From NCBI RefSeq assembly GCF_964204645.1, contig NC_134027.1, positions 27,118,560 through 27,182,559 on the forward strand: 64,000 bases of DNA, read 5' to 3'. Shown here piece after piece: positions 44,940-59,094 of this stretch. The position numbers and the translations under genes were made by a program. How positions within the stretch are numbered: position 1 is the first letter of the stretch; each line of letters begins with the position of its first letter. The notes beneath the pieces were generated by a model. The model had not been told where the DNA came from, searched no databases, and worked only from the letters and a program-made list of their open reading frames with translations. Source of the DNA: Tubulanus polymorphus. Lineage: Eukaryota; Animalia; Nemertea.

Positions 44940-45480
44940 AAGTCGTGATCGAATAAGTCATCGCTGAAGTCATCTCTATTTTTGAGTCCCAATTTGTACT
45001 TCCAATCGAATTTACTAGACGTAAGTCGTCATTTGGATATGGGATCATTCATTTATTATGTACGCATGAAATTTGAATTTTTCAACCCCCCTCCCCCTCT
45101 GTACACAAAATCGGCCATTTTTTCATATACATTAAGCATTACAGTACGCAATTGCACTGACCCCCCCTCCCCTAATGCGTACGTAATAAAGGAATGATCC
45201 GTAAGTCATCAAACTGGAATCATCAGTAGTTTTTAGTCCCAAATTGAATTCGCAATTCAATTTACTAAGCGTAATTCATTGTCACGACCTAAACGACTTC
45301 AGCAGCATTGAGTTTCAAAATACCGGTTTCATCATACACACATGAAATACACTGAATCAGTTCTTGTTTTCATTCATTAAATAATTATGTAATTTTGTCA
45401 CCTTACATTCATACATCGACTTGAGATGGCGCTGTTGTCTATATTAGTTTAGAGTAACTTGGTAGAGATGGCGCTGTTGT

Positions 45481-48400
45481 CTATGTTAGTTTAGAGTAAC
45501 TCGGTGGTGAAAATTTCTTCCTCAGATATTTGAGTATATATAAAGGTATACAGCTAACGGCGGTGATTGTAGCGACTTTCCAAATGAAATCTAGAGTTCT
45601 CAAGAACCGAGCATCTGAAATTATATAAACAACACGTTTTATTCTGATCTGATGCTTACAGGGTTTCTAGCCATGAGTAGCAAAAGTCAGCACTTTCGAA
45701 AGTCAAAATTTAGCACTTTCTCATGAATCAAAAATTAAGTACCCGGCATTTTTCTTAAGAGATGATTAAGCCATGAAATATAGAAATCAGAGTTTACTCT
45801 AACTCACAACTGTGGAAGTGGATCCTGAGTTCAGAGTTAACTCTAACTCACAACTGTGGAACTGTATCCTAAGTTCAGAGTTAACTCTAACTCACAACTG
45901 TGGAAGTGGATACTGAGTTCAGAGTTAACTCTAACTCACAACTGTGGAACTGTATCCTAAGTTCAGAGTTAACTCTAACTCACAACTGTGGAAGTGGATC
46001 CTGAGTTCAGAGTTAACTCTAACTCACAACTGTGGAACTGTATCCTAAGTTCAGAGTTAACTCTAACTCACAACTGTGGAAGTGGATCCTGAGTTCAGAG
46101 TTAACTCTAACTCACAACTGTGGAAGTGGATCCTGAGTTCAGAGTTAACTCTAACTCACAGCTGTGGAACTGGATCCTGAGTTCACAGTAAACTCTAACT
46201 CACAACTGTGGAAGTGGATCCTGAGTTCAGAGTTAACTCTAACTCACAACTGTGGAACTGTATCCTAAGTTCAGAGTTAACTCTAACTCACAACTGTGGA
46301 AGTGGATCCTGAGTTCAGAGTTAACTCTAACTCACAGCTGTGGAGGTGGATCCTGAGTTCAGAGTTAACACAACTGTGGAAGTGGATCCTGTACTTTTTT
46401 TTGGAATGTAGTCGTAAACTTACCGAAGAAATCTCTGAATATGGCGAGAGCGGCGATGTAGATTCCTAAACTGAACACTTCAGCGATGATCATCAAATAA
46501 TGCCACGTACGAATCGTTAAAGCAACCATGAGTAACTCGGTTAATATAACGGCAGTGAACGAGATAGCGACGACGTGTATGAATTCATATTCAAACAATA
46601 ATAACGCACCATACATTAATATTCCACCTGTAGTTAAAATAATCATTCAGTTGATTTAAAATTTAACTCATCGATAAGAATAATGAAGAAAGAGGACTGG
46701 GTAAAATCAATTTATATAACTCATAGTTTATGTCAAGTATAATATACAATTTTCATTATCCTGGGTCTTTAATATACTATACCAAAGACCCACAATAATG
46801 AAAATTAACAATGAAAAGTAGCCAAAATTGACATCTTTGGTAGAATGATTTTTACCCATCATCAGAAAATTATTTTAAAAATATTTTTCAAACAAATCTC
46901 TGAGATAGGAAGAGCCCCGGTCAGTTTAAATAATTTTCGAATATTGTGGGTCTTTTTAATAAGAAGTAAACTGGAATCTAGTGAATATTAACAGTCCAAC
47001 TGATACTGAATAAGACACAGTCAATTATTGTTCATACACACCTTGATAGATACTGATCAGCACCCACAAAAAGAACGTTTTATAATTCATCGATCGACCC
47101 TGAAAAAAGAAAATATATATTCATATAAATCATCTGACTGAATTACAAGACAAGCCGAGAACGGAATGACTTCACTTACTTTAGTAAGATCCTTATAAAG
47201 CTCGGGGTAGGTCAAAGCAATTTCAGCCGATACGTCTTTATCTAATACCAGCGAGAACACGGGGAACATGGTAAATATAGTCGCATAGCTAGAAAATAAT
47301 ATCATTATAATCTCACATTCAATATCTATATCGGAGATAGTTATACACAGATAGTGATAGTCAGTACTCACCCAACCATTAGAAAACCAGGAAACAATGA
47401 AATAGACACGAAATAGAATACAGATGAAAATATAGCTTGCATAGTAGAGATGATCAATCCACGATGAATAACGAACTGACTGAGTGAGGCCGACCTCTTA
47501 TAACTGTAAATATATATATAAACAAACAGATTCAGTTAATATTCTACAGTTCTGGATCCTGTGTTCCACAGTTCTGAGTTTAGATAATTTCAACACATAG
47601 AGTTAACCCTACTTCATAACTGTGGAACTGGACCCCGTTCCACAGTTCTGAGTTTTTGAGTTAAAACATTGAAATACGATCCAATTTTAACACATAGAGT
47701 TAACTCTAACTCACAACTGTGGAACTGGGTCCTGGGTTGAAATCAAGATTGATAATGAGCTGATCTAACAATGAGTTAACCAACTGAGCCAAGAGGAAAC
47801 TAACATGGATGGCTAGTGAGAACTATTGAAACAAGATATTTTGAAGGGTTCACTTTTCAGAAATAGACCCGACCCTTTCTAACCAGCATTATGTAAAACC
47901 AACCGAGTTGAAAGAGTGACTGTTTTTCAATGAATACTGCTGGGAACAATATCGTTAATTGCTTATCGTTCTTAAGTAAAAGTAGACATTTAAGCTGAAA
48001 AGTGAGACATGTTATTGGATTCAGCCTTTCAACTGACCTGTCTCTTCCATGGACAATGAGTAGTCGTCCAACATAACTAAACTGATTAATAGAGTAGTCT
48101 GCGGCGAGTGAGGCTTGTTTTCCTTCTTTACCAACAATACCGATACCGACATCAGCTGCTTGTATCATACTAACATCGTTTCCACCATCACCTAAAACAA
48201 CAACAACATTCCAATATATGAATTCAGGATTCGACCATGTTCTCCTCTGTGTATTAGCCTAACCCTCGTTTTAGGTTTTCCTCACACCTGACAATGGTCT
48301 CTATGTCGTGACTTTTGATATTTGAATTTACTTTGGATAAAAAAATTTCGTTTTTTTAAATAATTTCGTTTTTTTAAATCTTTTGAATTTGTGTAGAGTT

Positions 48401-51400
48401 GGTTTCAATTCTATTCTCCACGTTTCAGTAAGGACTATCTATTTAGGTGCACATACGTTAAAACATAATCCATCAAAATATTCCTCTTAACATCCAGTGG
48501 AACAGATTGTATGGATTTATGGAGATTTGAGTCTGACGAAACTCCCCCATGATTTCGTATTCAACCACTTTAAATGTAAATCCGACTAGTAGTGAACACA
48601 TGAATAAGTCAAATTAATTCAGTGTAAGAAGATTTCATATTGCAATAAAAGTAACAACCAGCAGCCAGTTTTACTGAGTTCATATTTCATATATTGAGTT
48701 ACATAGTTGAAAAAAAAATGAATTGATTTAAGTACTCCTAACTATAACTCAGGATCCAGTTCGACAATGGTGATAACTTAACGAGTTAAAAATCAGTTCA
48801 TTTTCGAGTTAATGCTCGAGTCAAATTTAATTGACAATAGTGGAACTGGATCCTGGATCCATTTCAACAATTGTACTAAATCATGAATAGCTATCAAAAC
48901 TGTCAAATATTTACTCATAACTGTGGAACTGAATCTGGAATTGTGGAACAGTCAGTTATGAGTTTCGAGTTAACTCCGAGTAGGTAAGATTCATTTTCAA
49001 TGAGTTATGAGTTAACTGGGATATAACTATTAAAACTCAAATCAGGTCTAGTAAAATGTTAACTCACAACTGTGGAATTGTGGAGTTCAGACCCCGGGGG
49101 CCAGTTCCATAGTCAAGGCTTAGACTTAAGACCAAATTAAGATCATTTTAGTTCTATAGCCAATCAAACAACTTAAGACCAGTCTTTAGGCCACTGGTCT
49201 TAAGTTGTTAGATTAGCTATAGAACTAAGTTGGTCTAAAACTGGTCTTAAGTCTAAGCCCTGACTATGGAACCGACCCCTGAACTCAATATCGAATTCAA
49301 ACTCACCGACGGAACATGTGCTTTTGTTCGTATGCAACTTTAATAATTTAACGATATCAGCTTTCTGCGTCGGAGAACAGCGACATACGACGACTGCCGG
49401 ACACTGACACGCTAATTCTACAAACTCATGTTCGTAATATTTCAAACAAACGTCGAGAGATTCGCCGGTTACGACCAACGCGCAATCCTGTTTCCTACGA
49501 AATGAATTCAGTTCTGAATGAGCCTCATTTCGATTCGTAACCGTTTTAAACGTATGAATTCCTTGCATCTTGGAAACGAGTCGTGAACTTTTAGCGATAC
49601 ACGTCGCGGTTTCCAGTTTATCACCGGTTAACATCCATACCTACAATTAAACACATTCAATACCATTACAAATATCATCTAGATAACTATATAAATTGGT
49701 TGGAGGATACATCGTTTCAGGTCGCTGTGACAATTTTTCGATCGTAAATAACCCTGGAATGGTTTTTAGCATAGTTTATTAGTTTTAGTAAAAGAAAATC
49801 ACAAGGAACTGAACCACAAAACATCATCAGCCATTTTGGAAGATAACTCCCTCTATGAGGAAATTAGTGAACTATAGCCTAAAATTGGCAATTCAGCGAG
49901 GAAATTCATGACCTATTTTTACTTATTACTGTATCCCTGATATCAACCAACCCGCCGAAGACATGTATCCTGCTAGTTAAAAATGAATCCAGAATTTCCT
50001 GATTTTCCTGATCTATAAGAACCCTGTCGAATCCAGTGAGTAAAACCATATTGATTTCTATGGTTTTTATTGAATGAGACATTGACAATGTCTCTCGGTG
50101 AAACTTACTCTAATTCCGGCATTCCTCAACATTTCCAATGTCGGTCGAACGTTCTCTTGCAGTTTATCTTCGACTCCGGTTAAACAGAGCAGTTCGAGAT
50201 CTCTCTCTAAACTCTCGATCACAGACGTTACTCTCATCGACCGATCCTGAATACTCATCTTCGCCTGATGATAGCGATTCTCAAAGTCGGCGTATTGCTC
50301 TTCGGTCAGAATCTTCTTCGCAACGACTAGAGTTCTCAAACCTTCACGAGCCATGTTCCCCGTCTATAACAGAGATAATGCTATGAAAGGTCCAGATTCA
50401 CAGGGTTTTGTACGAGACCTTCTAACGTCTTCAGTTGCCCTTTTATTGCCACATTATATGGAGCCTCATAAACTTGTATGAATGGTAAAGGATAAAGAAA
50501 AGTTTTCTTCATGGAAATGCTGTAAAATGCATCTTAACTCATCAACAAATTTTCAAATCAAAGCCTGAATTGCTGAATACACCTTTTCAATGATCAAAAA
50601 CAATGGTATTAAATGTCTATTACAAGACCTACAAAAGTAGTTCTTCGATGCTCTCCTGATTAAGAGCATTATTAGACAGATTTTCGGTTCATAGGATGGG
50701 AGATATTGTATTCTTAAGCTTGTGATGAATTCTCTGATTTACATGTACATGTATTATATATAGTATGTTATTCTTTACTTATTATAGTACATTTCATTAT
50801 GAAATGTCAACACATGTGTGTACATAGACATCAATGAGCAAATCAATTATTAGTGTCATCTACTCTCACTAGATGGCAGCACACGCTTACCTCTTCCTCT
50901 AACCAATCGTTATATTGTACGATAGTAGTCATGACAACATCAGCCCCTTTCATAAAGAATGTGATTTCACCGGTGCTGTCCTCCTAGCGATTAATAACAA
51001 TTCATCTTAAAAATATTCACCGATTATGAATTTTTTCTGAATCTCAGTTTTTAGTTTTTACCTTCACAATAATACCCATTCTCTTCCGCTCAGACGTGAA
51101 AGGGAAAATCTGCAGAATGTGATATTGATGGACCATTTTGTTCGGATCTTGAAGCCACATAGTACCGAGATCACGTTTCATTAGAGTTAATCCAACGCTT
51201 CCAGCCCACGCCACTAACGCAACCTTCAATATTAATACAATCATTTAGGTGCCAGTTCCAGAGCAATTCAGGAGCCAGTTCCGGGAATTCAGGGAACTCA
51301 GTAAATGAAAAACATATCTAAATAATTCATTGAGAAAGCATCATATGAAAGTATCTCAGGGTAAAGTAGTTCGGTGTATATAATTACCTCATCAGGACTC

Positions 51401-54400
51401 GATGCTTGATACGTCACTCGTTTCTGATTCTGTTGATCGGCTTCGATTTCAGAATCATTCCCGCCCTCTTCATCTTCCTCATACACGGGTGTTACATTGT
51501 GACATAGAGCGATTGCTTTAACCGCTTCAGACACGCGACTAACGACTGTACGTCGGACTTTAGGGGTGGATATTCCGCGACTGGGAGTCGTCCCTGCTTT
51601 AGGGTCGGTGACTGGCGTGTACGATAACTTCAGATGATCCATTACCTTCAAACGCAATCAACACAAACACATTCAGAAATTATAGAATTATAACGGTTTA
51701 TAGCAGTAGATCGAGTTGTAAATACCTCATCCATTGTTTCAGATGTAAACGATACAGTTCCGAGGTGAAGTCGCCGGAATACCTGAAATCATTTAATACA
51801 CTCAAGTTAAGTCGCCATCAGAAATAGTCGTCATATTACTGAAGTCATCTCTAGTCCCAATTTGTATTTCTAATTCAATTTACTAATTGTAAGTCATCAT
51901 TTGGAAAAGTCATCAACATAATGAATGTCTTCAGGGTCTGATCTGAGGATTAAAGCCACTTGCGCCGGAGGGCGGGGGGAGGGTGTAAGCGTATCTGAAA
52001 TTTCCTTGCCCCCTCAAAAATCTACTAGTCCTATTACTATTTGCAATTCAATAAGTCGCCTACATGCTCCGAGCAACAATTATGAAGCTGAACGTGAGTT
52101 TGATTCAGTATTGAACTGTGTTGAAACAGTCTGAGGGGTTGCGGAGTACAGGCAATAGTGGCAATAGATCCACAATTCAGTTACACTTACCATTTCATTT
52201 TGAGTAAGAGTTCCGGTTTTATCCGACAGTAGATAGTGAATGCGTCCGAGTTCCTCTGGTATTGTTGTATTTCTAGCTACTGTTCCCGGGATTCGATCAT
52301 CTCTTTGTATGAACCATGAATAAACGGCTTTACCCATATCCAGATTCACTATCAAACTGAAATCAGTAAAACAGTTTCCATAAAAATGCAGGTTGCTGTC
52401 GTTTTCTGTCAATTTACAAAATCCTTGAGTTTTCCATGTGATTATGCAGAATCAGAGTAATTTCTAGGATTAAAATGTTACAATTCATTCATTTTTGCAT
52501 TGAATCACCTACTGATTAAGAAACACTGACAATTAACATATCTGAATTCCATGAGTTTTCAAGGATTTTTGCAAAATCTGGCAAATTTCTTGAAGCATCC
52601 CTAATTTTATTCTAGATTTTTCTGATACCCTGAGTTTTCCAGGTCAGGCCACCCTCGCTATATTCACCAGAGAATAGAGAATGTTTAAATAAATACCTGA
52701 GAGGAATAATATACGAGAAGAGCAGAACGAAGCGACATAGATAGATATACCACGGTCCGGTGAAACCCTGAAAATACATAGAAATTAATAAACCATGGTT
52801 TGGTGAAACCTTGAAAATACATAGAAATTAATAAACCATGGTTTGGTGAAACCCTGAAAATACATAGAAATTAATAAACCATGGTCCGGTGAAACCCTGA
52901 AAATACATAGAAATTAATAAACCACGGTTCTGCGATTCTCTATAAACACAAATTCATGCTTTTACGGTAAACTTACCTTGATAATGATCATAACAGCCGA
53001 AAGACAGAGAACTGATACAAACAATAACTTGGAGAAATTGTTTATTTCTCGGTCAAACAAACCAACCTGAAATAAACAAGACACAAATTAGTTATAAAGA
53101 GATGTGAATTGAAGAATTGAGGTAATCTAATTATCATTGATACAAACTTTAGTTTTCGGTTGTGAAGTATTCATGACGCTTCTAGTTTCAGTGCCGGTGT
53201 ATATGACAGCACACAGCGCTGTTCCTGATGCTACGACTGTGTTCGCCCACAACACGTTCTCCAGACTCAATGAACACTCATTATCAGAAGCGATCGTATC
53301 GGTCTGTAATAAATATCATAATATTACGGTACTGTGTATAGATGCTCTAGTTTGCTGTGCTCAAATTGGGATCAATTCAACGAGGAGATGATAACTTGGA
53401 TGTTATCTCACCCTATATATCCAAGTTGGACAGATCCGACTTGAGTGGAGTCTACTGTATTATCCGACTCAGATATCACTCTCAAGTCAAAAGATCAGAC
53501 TTGAGCGGAGTGTACTGTACCATCCAACTCAGATATCACTCTCAAGTCAAAAGATCTGACTCGAGCAAAGTCTACTGTACCATCCAACTCAGATATCACT
53601 CTAAAGTCAAAAGATCAGACTTGAGCGGAGTCTACTGTACCATCCGACTCAGATATCACTTTCAATTCAAAAGATCAGACTTGAACAGAGTCTACTGTAC
53701 CATCCAACTCAGATATCACTCTCAAGTCAAAAGATCTGACTCGAGCGGAGTCTACTGTACCATCCAACTCAGATATCACTCTAAAGTCAAAAGAACTGAC
53801 TTGAGCGGAGTCTACTGTATTATCCAACTCAGATATCACTCTCAAGTCAAAAGAACTGACTTGAGCGGAGTCTACTGTATTATCCAACTCAGATATCACT
53901 CTCAAGTCAAAAGATCTGACTCGAGCGGAGTCTACTGTATCATCCAACTCAGATATCACTCTCAAGTCAAAAGATCTGACTCGAGCGGAGTCTACTGTAT
54001 CATCCAACTCAGATATCACTCTCAAGTCAAAAGATCAGACTTGAGCGGAGTCTACTGTACCATCCAACTCAGATATCACTCTCAAGTCAAAAGATCTGAC
54101 TTGAGCGGAGTCTACTGTATTATCCAACTCAGATATCACTCTCAAGTCAAAAGATCAGACTTGAGCGGAGTCTACTGTACCCCTATCCAACTCAGATATC
54201 ACTCTCAAGTCAAAAGATCTGACTTGAGCGGAGTCTACTGTACCATCTAACTCAGCTATCACTCGAAAGCTCCAACTTGAATGAAGTCTACTCAAGTAGT
54301 TTGATAAACAGTAATTTAAATGCACATACCCGATTGAATGTACCGATAAAACTATGGATGTCTTTCTGTGGTTTCTCAGCGTAAATCTGTCCGGCAATCG

Positions 54401-57400
54401 TCCAAATATCCTACAACAAATATAACAAACCTCAAAAATAATAATCTCACAAACTGAATGAATACAGTTATCAGTAGCAGAAGAGTAAACCGACACTTAC
54501 AGAATCAGAGTTGAGATTTTGAATCGCTGAAATCGCCATTTTCAGTTTCCAATCAGTCTCACCATCGAGTTGATCGGTTCTTACAAAACATGAACCGTTC
54601 TTTTCAGTAGTTCTCAATAAGACCATATCAGCGGGAACTCTCTGATCCTGTGTGTGAATATATCATCATTATCAATACTAGTACCTACAGGCTATCAGCG
54701 GGAACTCTCTGATCCTGTGTGTGAATATATCATCATTATCAATACTAGTACCTACAGGCTATCAGCGGGAACTCTCTGATCCTGTGTGTGAATATATCAT
54801 CATTAGCTGGTGGTCATTGGGGTCTGGCCTTCCAAACGAGGAGCTGGTGGTCATTGGGGTCTGGTCTTGTGACCGAGGAGCTGGTGGTCATTGGGGTCTG
54901 GCCTTCCAAACGAGGAGCTGGTGGTCATTGGGGTCTGGCCTTCCAAACGAGGAGCTGGTGGTCATTGGGGTCTGGTCTTGTGACCGAGGAGCTGGTGGTC
55001 ATTGGGGTCTGGCCTTCCAAACGAGGAGCTGGTGGTCATTGGGGTCTGGCCTTCCAAACGAGGAGCTGGTGGTCATTGGGGTCTGGTCTTGTGACCGAGG
55101 AGCTGGTGGTCATTGGGGTCTGGCCTTCCAAACGAGGAGCTGGTGGTCATCGGGGTCTGGTCTTGTGATTGAGGAGCTGGTGGTTGGGGTCCTATTGAGG
55201 TTACCACCCTTTATGTCAAGACAGAGATTGTTTGAACCTATAAATAATCTCGGAAATTGCATCTTTTCTCAGATGTATTTCTTCATATGTCTTGTCCCGA
55301 TGGTGGAACCCACTTGTGGCCATTATCATGGCTACTTTACCCGAGGAATGTGCTTCCTTTTCATTCAGCTTTATTAATAATTGTCCTAAATCAACCCGGT
55401 TGAATTAGTCGAGGAAGCTTTGTAGTCGTTTTCTTACCTTCTCAACAATGATCACGTCCGATACTTTAATCTTAGAACTAGGAATCATCACTACTCCGTT
55501 TTTGGTGAGTTTTTTATACTGTTGTGAATTCACTTCTTTATCGCGTTTAAATCTTCGAATATCGTCGATCATTTCTCGTAACATCGTTACAAATATCACA
55601 AAACCCTGCAATGAAAACAAATACATTTAAAATACTGTCATTAACACCTCCTCAAAATAGTCTTCATTCTTTGTTGTAAACATTAACACATTTGCTGCTG
55701 TCACTATGAGTTATCTCATAGTTCCAGTTCAGCCATCATTGAACAAGTTCCAGTTCAACCATCATTATACAAGTTATCTCAAAGCTGATCCTTCGTATTC
55801 GCTGTTTTGTATTTGCATTCTGAGGACTACAAAGTTCCTGATTGGTTGGATAACTCATAGTAGCCACTTGGGGCAGCACTGTATTTATCACCGAGGTGGC
55901 AGCAAACATATTCAGTTGTTAGATAGATTAGCTATAAGAACCAAAACGAGCTCAAACTGGACTTAAATCCAAACTTTAACCTTTCAACAAGGTCCAGGAA
56001 CCAACTGTGAAATAAGTTCGTATTTTACTCACCAGAGGGCCCCAGTATGTATATAGATATCCTACTCGAACCTCTGGTATAAACTGAGATAGCGCCATCA
56101 GTAGGAAATAAAAATTCAAGAAGAATTTGAACTGTTCGAACAATACCTACAAATATAAACACAGCAATTTGATATCATTTGTTCGTTGTTTATTTTCATA
56201 ATAAACGTCTCTAAAGGGAAGTTGACATTGAATTCAGTTTCAATGTGGAAGAGAATATGAGATATTAATTGAATCTCACAGGATTTAATCAGACGATATT
56301 AAATGATAAACTAGATCTCTATCTCTCGAACAAATACAGCACAGTCTTATACATACTGTAATATATTCATATATAGGTCAAGTATAATATTGATTATGTT
56401 AATTAATCATAACTCTCATGTATATTTTATGCCATATGTTTTCAGTTTTCTCTTCATGGATTTTCGTTAAAATTTCAAAAACAGGATCACCAAAATAAAC
56501 ATTTCGCAAAACGATTCTCCAATTATAGGTAGCTATGTACTGAACGTATGACAGACGCAGCATCGGGGTGCGCTGAAATTGATTTTTTATTCGATGAAAT
56601 CTATTTGAATAGCGCGTTGTAACAGCTGCTCGTGTTGCGATAGTGTGAGTATAGAGTACTTACCACCGGTATAAACGTTATAACCGAATATTTCTGATTC
56701 CTGATGATGTTCGCCGGGAATTTCTCCTCATTCGGCGGATGCAAACCGACCGACACCAAACGAGATTTATATTCCTTTTTCCGGCGACATTTCGCGCACA
56801 ATCCTTCCCAACAACTAAAAACACAAACATTATATTCATCTGAATTCTATAACTATTTCACGGTCGATTGGGTTTCGATGAAATTAGATTTAGATTCGAA
56901 GTAATGAAGAATGAGAGATTGATGTGCAGATTGAAATAATCATCATTTTTATAGAAATATAGAGAGATTCAGGAGAGAAAGAGAACGATAGAATTAAAAA
57001 CTATTTAAGTTTTAAATCATGACGATTATAATGAATTCAGACGGATCTATAAATCAGGATTACCGGCAGCAATCAGGGATATATTTCAGAAATTCTATAA
57101 TTTCTATCTGTAATCGAGTGAGGATCTATTTCCACTGTTCCACAGGACTGAGTCATTATGTTTAGCTACCAACTGTGGAAGTGTGGAACCTGATCAACTT
57201 CCACAGTTCGGAGTTACAGTAACTTGTAAATGTGGAACTGTGGAGCCTAATCCGCTTCCACAGTTCGCAGTTAGGCTAACTCACAATTGTGGAACTGTGG
57301 AGCCTCATCCACCCCTACAGTCCGGAGTTACAGTAACTTGTAAATGTGGAAATGTGGAGCCTGATCCACCCCCACAGTCCAGAGTTACAGTAACTCACAA

Positions 57401-59063
57401 TTGTGGAACTGTGGAGCCTGATCCACATCCACAGTCCGGAGTTACAGTAACTCACAATTGTGGAACTGTGGAGCTTGATTGTAAACAGTATATAAGTGCA
57501 ACCTGAATGAATGACATGCAGTCTATGAATACCGCAGATGAATAAAAATAAAATGATGAAGAAATGGAAGAAATAGAAAGAACGGTAGTCGATATTATCA
57601 TAAAATTATTCTGTTTCCATAGCAACGAAACTACACGTACAGCATTATTAGAAGAATATGGTTGACGATCGTTTAAAAACACACGGATTGTTGTTATACA
57701 CTGAATCACCATAGAGATCATAGATATATCATCAGAAACATTTAACATTACCCGGAATTAGTCGAGACATCATCAGCATCATTGTGTGTATGTTGTTTGG
57801 AGGTAAGACGGACCCACATGATTGTGATCAGAGGTATAGGCACCCACACACACACAGACACCTGACTAACACCTAAGTAACTCTTACATACACTCAATCA
57901 TGCATGAGTGAGTGATATATCTCCTAGTGTGAATAACCACTGCTGAGGCTATTTACAGTAATAGATTCAAACCAATGAATTATTGCATAAAAACATAATA
58001 TAATCAAAACTAGTTTGAAATATCAGTAGGATCTAACACTGCGCGCTGCTGCACATGTGTTTTTATACAGGATTGTTATATATATATACGCGTCATATCA
58101 TTAACTACTCATTTCAATAAAATACTAACAGGGTTCAAAGTATCTGGGAATCCCCGATTTTCACAGAACTGTTGACCAAAAATTCCCAATTTCCTGTAAC
58201 TTATCAAGAGGTTCCTTGTGCCACTCGTCACCAGCGACAACAACAAAACAACTAAGATTCCCTGATCCGTAAGAACGCCCTCTTTTATCATTTCAAGAGT
58301 AACTTTCGACAAAATGAAATTCACCTGTAACTGATTCTCAGGGTTTAAAACGCGACTTAAAGTGATCATTACGAACTGTACTGAACGCCTACAACATTGA
58401 ATACATTCGAACCCCTGCAAACGAAGAAGCTTCACGAGTCTGAGAGGGAGCAGTGTTAGGGTCTGAGGGAAAAGCTTAGAAGCAGAATATGATACTGGTG
58501 TCAGCTGCGGCGAGGGAGGATACAAAACAAATGAGGAGGAAATTGTGCTGCATTATCATCATCACCACTACTACACGAATACCCGGATCAATAGACAGAA
58601 AACCTGTGACACAATTAGACAGAAACGGACAGCTGACAGCAAACTGACACTCGACAGTATTCATCGAATCTTAAAGAGCCTGGAATTATTTCCACGATGT
58701 GCTTTGAAATAAACATGCAGCAAAATTGTGAGAAAATGCACAGTTTTCTTATCATTGACCGTCACGATAATCATAAACATAAAACATCGAGAAAACGGGA
58801 AGAAAGATATTTGTGTTTCTTACCTCGTAGAACGACTAGTTCTACTATTAGTATCACGTACTGTCACACGACATGTCGACGCACAAGCCTGATCCAAACT
58901 TTGTTCAGAAGTGGTTGGGGTAGGACTAAATACAAATAATATAGAACCCCTATAACCAACTCAAAAAAAACATACAACAAAAATAGTAATATCCCTCATC
59001 CATCGCCGGATCAATACAAGAAAACATCGACTTCATAGGAGTCGAAATCATGATGCGCAATAT

Positions 59064-59094
<31 letters not shown>

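Noticed and set aside
53357-54250. 297-aa repetitive ORF and its antisense ORFs
   Set aside because: By-product of a stop-free 60-bp intronic satellite, with no ATG start.
54805-55185. CRISPR-like pattern of constant repeat plus variable spacer
   Set aside because: The 'spacers' are only 10 bp and come in two recurring types. The array is in a eukaryotic intron with no cas genes.
54721-55377. 218-aa and 126-aa Trp/Gly-rich ORFs
   Set aside because: Translations of the 37-bp and 67-bp tandem repeats, antisense to ATP9B.
57183-57506. Cys-containing repeat ORF (CGTVEP units)
   Set aside because: Translation of a MITE-derived tandem array.
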